Shown in pieces: positions 8,561 to 15,905 of a DNA stretch of 25,554 nt. Made by a program: the position numbers and the translations under genes. Every line of letters starts with the position of its first letter. Within the stretch, counting starts at the first letter, position 1. The stretch is taken from contig CAZXZO010000022.1 of assembly GCA_964645485.1 (NCBI GenBank), positions 1 through 25,554 on the forward strand, written 5' to 3'. The notes below the pieces were generated by a model, which saw nothing but the letters and a program-made list of their open reading frames with translations, had not been told where the DNA came from and did not search any database. The stretch is from an uncultured Candidatus Poseidoniales archaeon (lineage in GTDB: Archaea; Thermoplasmatota; Poseidoniia; Poseidoniales; Thalassarchaeaceae).

Positions 8561-10035
8561 CGGAGTACGAGATTTCTCGCCGCCCACACTTCATCCACCC
8601 TGCCAACATCTGTTGTGTGGGGTGCGGTTTTGACGAGTTCTGGGTCTTCCGCCAATATCGTCAAGAAATCTTCTGCAAACTTATCGAGTACTTCCTTGCT
8701 TTCAGTTTCTGTTGGCTCAATCATCAGACATTCTGGAACAATCATTGGGAAATACAGAGTTGGTGACATATATCCATAATCCAACAATCTCTTAGCGACA
8801 TCCTTGCCGCTAACCCCAGTAGCATCTTTCACTGGAGACATGCTCAAGGTAAACTCATGTTTTACCACCTTTGCTGGAGCACCATCAATCGGCATCGCAG
8901 GAATCTTACTAGCTTTCTCAGCACTAGGATTCAAGATGCGATGCCGCAAATAATTTGCATTCAAAACAGCATGCTCACTCATCTTTTCAAGGTCTCTGCC
9001 ATAACGACGATAAAAGGCCCATGCACGAACTACCGCTCCCGAGTTACCATGCCACTGCTGTACCTTACCTATGCTATTCTCAGGGTCATCCCATGAATAT
9101 GACCAACCGTTTAATCCCTGTTCATCCTTCTCTCTAACAACCAAGGGTTTTGGCAAATACTGTGCTAAGTGACTCTTCACCCCTATTGGTCCAGAACCGG
9201 GTCCTCCCCCACCATGTGGTTGAGAAAATGTCTTGTGAAGATTGTAGTGAACCGCATCAAAACCCATCAGTCCCGGTGAAGTTTTTCCTAGAATAGCATT
9301 GAAATTCGCACCATCATAATACATCTGTCCGCCAGCACTGTGCACAATCTCAGCTGCTTCAGCAATTTCAGGCTCAAATATTCCCAAAGTGCTTGGATTT
9401 GTCACCATCATAGCAGCAGTATCGTCTCCTACGACTGCACGTAATGCATCAAGGTCAAGCCGACCATTTTCATTACTAGGGATTTCTATAATTTGGTACC
9501 CACACATTGCCGCTGATGCTGGATTAGTGCCATGAGCAGAATCCGGCACGATGACTTTGTCGCGGTTTCCTTGCCCATTGCTTCTATGATATTCTTGAAT
9601 ACAACGTATTGCTGCGAATTCACCCTGTGCACCTGCAACTGGTTGAAGTGTTACTGAATCCATTCCAGCGCAGTGTGAAAGCATTTCTTGCATCTCATAA
9701 AATATCGCCATCAATCCCTGTAAATGAGATTCGGGAGCAAGTGGATGCAAGTCATTCATCCCAGCCATTTGAACAATTTTTTCATTGACCCTGGGATTGT
9801 GCTTCATCGTGCATGAACCAAGTGGATAAAATCCTGTATCAATACCAAAATTTCGGCGTGAAAGCCATGTGTAATGCCGCACTAATTCAGGCTCGCTAGC
9901 GCGCGGCCAACGAGGCAATGATTTGCGCCTAATTGATTCCGGGATTCCAGCGATTGCTTCTTCTTCAGATAGTAATGGTGTTGGCTGGGCATATCCAGCC
10001 TCTGGAGCCCCATCAAATGCAAATAAATCACTCAT
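8542..10035 (-). CDS. gcvPB: glycine cleavage system P protein subunit 2 (PLP-binding)
   Basis: FYPLGSCTMKHNP, LQPVAGAQGE, PDSAHGTNPASA, YYDGANFNA, PLP-lysine motif HYNLHKTFSQPHGGGGPGSGP, MIEPTETESKE. ATG at 10035 overlaps the gcvPA stop (ATGA). Confidence 0.97.
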   Translation of the reverse strand: MSDLFAFDGAPEAGYAQPTPLLSEEEAIAGIPESIRRKSLPRWPRASEPELVRHYTWLSRRNFGIDTGFYPLGSCTMKHNPRVNEKIVQMAGMNDLHPLAPESHLQGLMAIFYEMQEMLSHCAGMDSVTLQPVAGAQGEFAAIRCIQEYHRSNGQGNRDKVIVPDSAHGTNPASAAMCGYQIIEIPSNENGRLDLDALRAVVGDDTAAMMVTNPSTLGIFEPEIAEAAEIVHSAGGQMYYDGANFNAILGKTSPGLMGFDAVHYNLHKTFSQPHGGGGPGSGPIGVKSHLAQYLPKPLVVREKDEQGLNGWSYSWDDPENSIGKVQQWHGNSGAVVRAWAFYRRYGRDLEKMSEHAVLNANYLRHRILNPSAEKASKIPAMPIDGAPAKVVKHEFTLSMSPVKDATGVSGKDVAKRLLDYGYMSPTLYFPMIVPECLMIEPTETESKEVLDKFAEDFLTILAEDPELVKTAPHTTDVGRVDEVWAARNLVLRHSLGE

Positions 10036-11414
10036 GAATCCACCCCCGAAATAGACGAAATCCAAGATTTCAACCCACCCACAATTGCTGCCACATCTTC
10101 ACTCGTAGTTTGATCTGTAGCTGTGATGTGTAACCAGTTATCATCGGCTCCATTCATAACATCACAAAGGGCAAGCCCTGCAGTCACGCCCAACTTGTCA
10201 AGGTGCTCTAACGCACTCTTGGCAGCACCCGGTAAAATAACCGTGAATTCGTTGTACGAAGTTCCATTAGTGAATAGTAAGTTAACCCCCTCAATAGCGA
10301 GAACACCCGCCATAGTAACTTGGCAAGCAGCAGTGTTCCTCAGAGCTAATTTCTGTAAACCAATAGGCCCTAGAAGAGCCATGTGAATACCACCCATCAG
10401 GGCAATTAGCGTTTCATTTGAACATATGTTACTAGTCGCTTTGTGGCGTCTAATATGCTGTTCTCTAGTTGAAAGTGTGAGGGTGAAAGCATCTTTTCCT
10501 TTATCATCAAAGGTCTTGCCCACAATGCGGCCCGGCATCTGGCGAAGATACTTCTCCGTACAGGCGTAAATCCCGTAAATAGGACCGCCAGCCGTAGCAC
10601 CAATTCCAAATGGTTGGCCCTCGGCAACAACAATGTCAGCACCCCAATTACCAGGTGCTTCTAGTACACCCAATGATGTAGCATTAACACCAACAACTAA
10701 GGCTGTATTTTCGCCAATTATTTGTTTCAATTCTGCTAAGTTTTCGTCAATCACTCCAAATGGATTTGGTTGTTCCACATAGACTGCACAACAACCATGA
10801 GCAGCCTCAGCAGATTTCAAATCAACCATCCCGTTTTCATTCCATTTGAGAGTGCGGATTTCAACATCAGCACCGCAGGAATAATTCTGAATCACTGATA
10901 ATCGATGTTCGGGTAGCCATTCAGTGACGTACACTACGTTCTTCTGAGTCGCTTTTTTGTTGTGGATCCTAACTGCACAGTTTAGTGCCTCTGCTGCAGC
11001 AGTTGAAGCATCGTACATACTAACATTAGAAACGGGGAGTGCTACTAATTCTGAAACCATTGTTTGGAATTCCCATAATGCCTGTAACATTCCTTGACTG
11101 ACTTCTGGTTGATAAGGTGTATAAGAGGTTAGAAATTCACCACGAGTTGCCATTGCCGCTACCATCGAAGGCACGTAATTCTCGTACAATCCCGCCCCAA
11201 GAAAATTGGGTCGGCTATTTATCGCAACATTTGCCCCAAGTAACCTATTCGCATCAGCCATGATTTCTTCTTCAGTTTGTGGCGCAGGTAAATTCAGAGG
11301 AGAATCTCTTCTTACAGCCTCAGGGATATCAGAAAATAATTCATCCATTGAGGATAAACCCATTTCCTTGAGCATTATCGCTTCGCGCCCAAGATTTGGC
11401 AAATGGTCAACCAT
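10032..11414 (-). CDS. gcvPA: glycine cleavage system P protein subunit 1
   Basis: FLGAGLYENYVP, RGEFLTSYTPYQPEVSQGMLQALWEFQT, SMYDASTA, AEGQPFG, TLSTREQHIRRHKATSNICSN. Start set at MVDHLPN (ATG 11414) rather than the upstream ORF-track start. Confidence 0.97.
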   Translation of the reverse strand: MVDHLPNLGREAIMLKEMGLSSMDELFSDIPEAVRRDSPLNLPAPQTEEEIMADANRLLGANVAINSRPNFLGAGLYENYVPSMVAAMATRGEFLTSYTPYQPEVSQGMLQALWEFQTMVSELVALPVSNVSMYDASTAAAEALNCAVRIHNKKATQKNVVYVTEWLPEHRLSVIQNYSCGADVEIRTLKWNENGMVDLKSAEAAHGCCAVYVEQPNPFGVIDENLAELKQIIGENTALVVGVNATSLGVLEAPGNWGADIVVAEGQPFGIGATAGGPIYGIYACTEKYLRQMPGRIVGKTFDDKGKDAFTLTLSTREQHIRRHKATSNICSNETLIALMGGIHMALLGPIGLQKLALRNTAACQVTMAGVLAIEGVNLLFTNGTSYNEFTVILPGAAKSALEHLDKLGVTAGLALCDVMNGADDNWLHITATDQTTSEDVAAIVGGLKSWISSISGVDS

Positions 11415-11491
11415 GGCAACACACCGCGACTGTTCGTGAACACATACAGAACATGAACCTTCACCACGTAGGATACTGTTTACAAAAGGAA

Positions 11492-12844
11492 TTAGACCGG
11501 TGCGCCAAGTAAGTATACACCCCATCCATGAGACTCAAGCATCTCAACATCTAGAACACGTCTACCATCATAAATTAGTGAATGGTTTGCTTTTTCTGTA
11601 AGGGCATTCCAATCCATTTCCAATACTTCATCGTGAGCTGTCACAAGGATAGCGATATCAAAGGGTGAAATCTCGCTTTCACTTCTAACTAAAGTTGCTA
11701 ACTCATTTGGAAATAAACGATCATCAACTAATGGATCAAAGGTTTGAACATTGCAACCCATTCCAACAAGTGCTTCTGCTAACGGTTCGGCAGGAGTCTC
11801 TCGTGGGTCACCAATTCCCGGCTTGTATGACCAACCTAGAAGCAACACATTAGCACTTGACAGCGGAATCTTTTCTCGCTCAAGAATTACAGATACGTCC
11901 AATGCTACATTTCTCGGCATTGAACTATTGACTTCTCTTGCCGAAGTAATGAGTTCAACAGGTGCCCCAGATTTCTTGGCTTTCTCAATCAGATAGTAAG
12001 GGTCAACAGGAATACAGTGACCACCAACGCCAACACCTGGGCGATATCTGTGGAAATTCCACTTTGTTGCAGCAGCATCCAATACTTGTTCAACATCAAT
12101 TCCAAGAACTGGGAAAATTCTTGCCAATTCGTTAACAAGAGCAATGTTAAGGTCACGTTGAACATTTTCTACGACCTTAGAAGCCTCGGCAACTTCCAAT
12201 GACCCGACATAAGTAACCCCTCCAGAGGTAAGTGTATCATACAAATCAGCAAGGTCAGAACCAACGATTTCATCAGGAGAGCCAACAACTCTAGGTACTT
12301 GCCGAACTCCATGTTCAGAATCACCTGGAACAAATCTCTCTGGACAATATGCGAGATGGACATCCTCACCCTCAACAAGACCTGCCGCATCCAAAAGAGG
12401 AGCCCACACTTCACGAGTAACTCCTGGATAAACTGTTGATTCCAAGACTACGATTGTACCACTTCCTTTAGCAATGGAAGAGAATACTGCTGAACCTGCT
12501 GAAGAAACATAAGTCAAATCAGGCAGACGGCTGTCAGTCACAGGGGTTGGAACTGTGACCAAAATAACGTCACAATCAGGCACTAATTCGCTTGAATCAG
12601 TTGAAATTCGCCAAAAATCACTTTGTGATGATGGAATCAAATCATCGTGTTGCGGGTCATCACCTGGATTTTCACCTGCTAGTAAAGCATCGATTACACG
12701 GCTAGTCACATCAACTCCTCGTACCCTAAATCCTGCATCCAAAAACCCTAGTGCAGTTGGTAAACCGACGTAACCTAAACCGATAACGCCAATCGTCAAA
12801 TCCCTTGACTCAAGTCGCTGAGAGAAAGAGGAATCCCATCCCAT
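11492..12844 (-). CDS. nucleotide-sugar (UDP-N-acetylhexosamine) dehydrogenase, WecC/WbpA/TviB family
   Basis: Rossmann IGVIGLGYVGLP, VPTP, VVLESTVYPGVT, YCPERFVPG, AEASKVVEN.QRD.NIA..NE, catalytic GVGGHCIPVDP, LGWSYKP..GDPRETP. Exact substrate cannot be determined from sequence by eye. Confidence 0.92.
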   Translation of the reverse strand: MGWDSSFSQRLESRDLTIGVIGLGYVGLPTALGFLDAGFRVRGVDVTSRVIDALLAGENPGDDPQHDDLIPSSQSDFWRISTDSSELVPDCDVILVTVPTPVTDSRLPDLTYVSSAGSAVFSSIAKGSGTIVVLESTVYPGVTREVWAPLLDAAGLVEGEDVHLAYCPERFVPGDSEHGVRQVPRVVGSPDEIVGSDLADLYDTLTSGGVTYVGSLEVAEASKVVENVQRDLNIALVNELARIFPVLGIDVEQVLDAAATKWNFHRYRPGVGVGGHCIPVDPYYLIEKAKKSGAPVELITSAREVNSSMPRNVALDVSVILEREKIPLSSANVLLLGWSYKPGIGDPRETPAEPLAEALVGMGCNVQTFDPLVDDRLFPNELATLVRSESEISPFDIAILVTAHDEVLEMDWNALTEKANHSLIYDGRRVLDVEMLESHGWGVYLLGAPV

Positions 12845-12968
12845 TAATTCAGCCCCCCGTGTAGACAGCATTTGAACCCTGCTAATCACAACTCCAATCA
12901 AAATCTATGGATTTGTCTTTCTCAATCTTATGGAAATGCAATGAGTAATCACACTAGTTTCGGGTAAG

Positions 12969-12983
12969 TGAGAAATTTTCTCA
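12969..12983. promoter_or_regulatory. palindrome TGAGAAA-T-TTTCTCA in the divergent promoter region
   Basis: Perfect 7-bp arms, further flanked by GGTAA (12963-12967) and TTACC (12988-12992). Lies between the divergent sugar dehydrogenase and cupredoxin genes. Confidence 0.35.
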
Positions 12984-13053
12984 GTAGTTACCTGAATGGA
13001 AAATCGTTATGTGTTAGAATATCAGCCTTAGAAATTAGGCAGAGTTGAGTTGG

Positions 13054-14724
13054 ATGAGTCAGAATCGAATGGTTGTGTTGTGGATTGGGTTATTAGTGTG
13101 TTTTTCGAGTCTCTGCGCTCTGGCGCCAGCAACAGAAGCAAGTGAATCTCGACACACTCCCTCTGTGAGCATTCAGGGGTTTACCTTTAACCCGGGAACA
13201 AACCTAACAGTGCATTCAGGAGATACGGTAACTTGGACAAATAATGATGGTGCAGCACATACTGCTACCTCAACCAGCGGGCCTGCATCCTTTGATTCAG
13301 GTACTATTTCAGGCAGTGGCGGAACATTTGATTTCACCTTCACCACAATGGGAACATACGATTATCAATGTGACTTCCATACCTCAATGACTGCGACATT
13401 GACAGTGGTAGGGGCAGACCCCAACAACCCTCCAGAAGTTTCGTCAGTTACTCTTTCCCCTGACCCGGTTTTTACTAATGATGTGATTTCAGTATCCGCA
13501 ACAACTTCAGATGCTGATGGCGACTCAGTCACACTCAGTTATGCTTGGTTATTAGATGGTAATTACCTTAGTGAAACAGGAAATACGCTGGATGGCTCTT
13601 CTTGGTTTGATAAGGGAGATGTAATCCAAGTTGAAGTAACTCCTAATGATGGAGACGTAAATGGTAATACCTCCACCTCCAATACAATAACAATTTCCAA
13701 TACACCTCCCATCTTTTCTGCTATCACAATTTCACCATCGACTCTGAATAATGAGACCGTTGCAGTTTGCAACCCATCTGGCTGGAATGATGATGATGGA
13801 GATGGTGAAAGTTTTCAATTCGAATGGCAAGTGAACGGTGTAGTTCAACAAGATGAGACTGCATCAGCAGGACCATTTAACCCAGACGATGTGGTATCTT
13901 GTACAGCCACTCCTCATGATGGTGAAACTGCTGGTTTACCCCGTTCTACTCAAGATGTAACCGTTGTAGCAGTTGATGCTCCAGATTCAGATGCTGATAC
14001 TGTTCCTGATGAAACAGATGACTGTCCAAACACACCCATCGGGGAATCTGTTGATGCAGATGGATGTGCTCCTTCTCAACTTGATGAGGATGATGATGGA
14101 GTAAGTGATGCAGATGACCAATGCGCTGGAACCCCTACAGGTGCCACAGTAGACATTGATGGATGTGGATCTTCACAACTTGATACCGATGGAGATGGCT
14201 ATACGGATGATATTGATGCCTTCCCTCTTGACGAAAATGAATACATTGATACAGATTCTGATGGCACTGGCGATAATGCTGATGAAGATGACGATAATGA
14301 TAGTTGGAATGACACTACTGAATTTGACTGCGGCACAAACTCAACCAGCGCATATTCAACACCACTAGACACTGATTCAGATTGGACTTGTGATGTTCTC
14401 GACCTTGATGATGATAATGATGGATGGAATGATACCACAGAAGTAGACTGTGGCACAAATTCAACAGATTGGAATTCAATCCCATCAGATACTGATGAGG
14501 ATGGAATTTGTGATGCTCTTGACGAAGTCAATGACAATTTACCGCCGCCAGGATATGAGTATGGCAATAATACGGAAGAAGAAGATGATGATGAACCAGT
14601 ATCAGAACCTGAGCCGGGTTTGAGTTCTGAACCTAGTGAAGGAATCCCAGGATTCACAGGGATTCTATTGATTACATCATTCCTAGGTGCATCAGTGGTC
14701 CTAAATCGTAGGCGTATTGATTAA
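13054..14724 (+). CDS. secreted cupredoxin (plastocyanin/amicyanin-like) plus Ig-like domains, TSP3-like repeats and PGF-CTERM sorting signal
   Basis: Signal peptide. F.P..LTVHSGDTVTWTNND.AAHT and YQCDFHTSM (type-1 Cu ligands H, C, H, M). Two NxPP...h-x-PxP...D.DGD...Y/F-x-W Ig-like units. DxDxDG..D..D.C repeats. C-terminal IPGFTGILLITSFLGASVVLNRRR. Start could be 13045 (TTG), 13054 or 13069. Confidence 0.88.
   Translation: MSQNRMVVLWIGLLVCFSSLCALAPATEASESRHTPSVSIQGFTFNPGTNLTVHSGDTVTWTNNDGAAHTATSTSGPASFDSGTISGSGGTFDFTFTTMGTYDYQCDFHTSMTATLTVVGADPNNPPEVSSVTLSPDPVFTNDVISVSATTSDADGDSVTLSYAWLLDGNYLSETGNTLDGSSWFDKGDVIQVEVTPNDGDVNGNTSTSNTITISNTPPIFSAITISPSTLNNETVAVCNPSGWNDDDGDGESFQFEWQVNGVVQQDETASAGPFNPDDVVSCTATPHDGETAGLPRSTQDVTVVAVDAPDSDADTVPDETDDCPNTPIGESVDADGCAPSQLDEDDDGVSDADDQCAGTPTGATVDIDGCGSSQLDTDGDGYTDDIDAFPLDENEYIDTDSDGTGDNADEDDDNDSWNDTTEFDCGTNSTSAYSTPLDTDSDWTCDVLDLDDDNDGWNDTTEVDCGTNSTDWNSIPSDTDEDGICDALDEVNDNLPPPGYEYGNNTEEEDDDEPVSEPEPGLSSEPSEGIPGFTGILLITSFLGASVVLNRRRID
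13984..14530 (+). repeat. TSP3-like Asp/Cys repeats, including a tandem duplication (DDDND.WNDTTE.DCGTNST...DTD.D..CD.LD x2)
   Basis: Read from the translation; the duplication is also recognisable at nucleotide level (about 14280-14400 versus 14400-14520). Boundaries are approximate. Confidence 0.75.
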
Positions 14725-15023
14725 GCCAAAACACTGCTTCAAATGACTCACTGAATTGGCTCAGAATAGACTCTCTAATAAACTCAAAAACCTGCCTTTA
14801 CGGTCACCTTCTAGCACCAGAGTTGTGACTTCATACCACATAACCTGACTAAGGAGTCTATTGCTTCTCATAACCCATGACGTTGGAGGATTCAACCGAC
14901 AGATACGAGTGCAAATACCAGACAATTAACTTGTCACAAGCGTGCCCTCTCAGAGGACACATAGGCAAAATTTACCGGCACAGTCATAGATGATGTGTGC
15001 ATTGTAAATACCACGGGAGACAC

Positions 15024-15863
15024 ATGCGGGTAGCGATAAGTGGGGATGAGGGATTCATCGCCCATTACCTCAAGGAGGAACTTGGAGAAGATTGCCAATT
15101 ACTCACTCCCGATATATTATCTGATGAAAATATACTCCCAGCAATTTTAGCCTCTTGCAATGCAATTGTTCACCTGAATGGCCACTCACCAGACCAAAGT
15201 TTGGAGAGGTCGGACCAAGAAGTTTTGAGATTAATGCGGGATGAAGCGCGAGTCATTTTGAAGAATGTACAAGCGCATCAGGGAATACATCTCGTATTGG
15301 TTGGCTCCCTAAGAGTTCACCCTAACCCTCGCAGAGAGGACGAGTATTATTCTTCTGAGTCACCTCTTTCCCCGCGTGACATTGCTGCAGAAGGACAACT
15401 GTGGGTAGAGGAGAGTGCGTTAGAACATGCAATGGATACACATCCAGTTAGCATAATCAGAACGGCTAATGTTCAAGGAATTTCACCTGAAGACAATAAA
15501 GGACACGGGGTTGTCCATCACTTATGTCGTGAAGCCATGTTTGGATTCTTCAATGTACCAGGAACTGGAGAAGAAGTGAAAGATGTAGTTCATGTCAAGG
15601 ACCTTGCTCGTATGATAAAATCTATCCTAGACAACCCGCCACCAACTCGCGGTTCAGTCGCGGTTGGGCGTGGCCAAGGAGTTCGAATGAGCGAGTTGGC
15701 TGAAATTGTATCACAGGCTACCGGAGCATCACCTCAATACAACAGCCAGCCGGGAGAAGAGGTCTGGGGAATTGTTGATGGCTGGGAAATGAGCCAAAAA
15801 ATTCAAAATAAGCCAGAGGTATCTATTCAAGAAATCATTGAGGAAGCACTTTCCAACCAATGA
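15024..15863 (+). CDS. extended-SDR (NAD-dependent epimerase/dehydratase-like) protein with degenerate catalytic motif
   Basis: MRVAISGDEGFIA (GxxGxxG-like), CNAIVHL, LVLVGSLRVH, SIIRTANVQG, PGTGEEVKDVVHVKDLA. The YxxxK position reads RDIAA. GGGAG RBS precedes the ATG at 15024. Confidence 0.82.
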   Translation: MRVAISGDEGFIAHYLKEELGEDCQLLTPDILSDENILPAILASCNAIVHLNGHSPDQSLERSDQEVLRLMRDEARVILKNVQAHQGIHLVLVGSLRVHPNPRREDEYYSSESPLSPRDIAAEGQLWVEESALEHAMDTHPVSIIRTANVQGISPEDNKGHGVVHHLCREAMFGFFNVPGTGEEVKDVVHVKDLARMIKSILDNPPPTRGSVAVGRGQGVRMSELAEIVSQATGASPQYNSQPGEEVWGIVDGWEMSQKIQNKPEVSIQEIIEEALSNQ

Positions 15864-15905
15864 GCAAAACTGCCTAAGCAGTGCCTGAAATAACCTGATT
15901 CTGCA

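Noticed and set aside
378-12773. Short ORF-track entries nested in or antisense to guaAB, purE, the giant surface gene, gcvP and the sugar dehydrogenase
   Set aside because: They overlap confidently assigned genes and show no recognisable motifs or RBS.
10036-12901. Extended starts given by the ORF track for gcvPB (10065), gcvPA (11525) and the sugar dehydrogenase (12901); likewise gcvT (24460) and the SDR (14997)
   Set aside because: Family similarity begins at downstream ATGs (10035, 11414, 12844, 24406, 15024), which also remove gene overlaps or follow RBS-like sequences.
14761-14925. 54-aa minus-strand ORF with CTRICRLNP, faintly like the start of DUF1289 Cys proteins
   Set aside because: It lacks the second CxxCxR motif, has a TTG start directly after a stop codon and no RBS, so it is not called as a gene.
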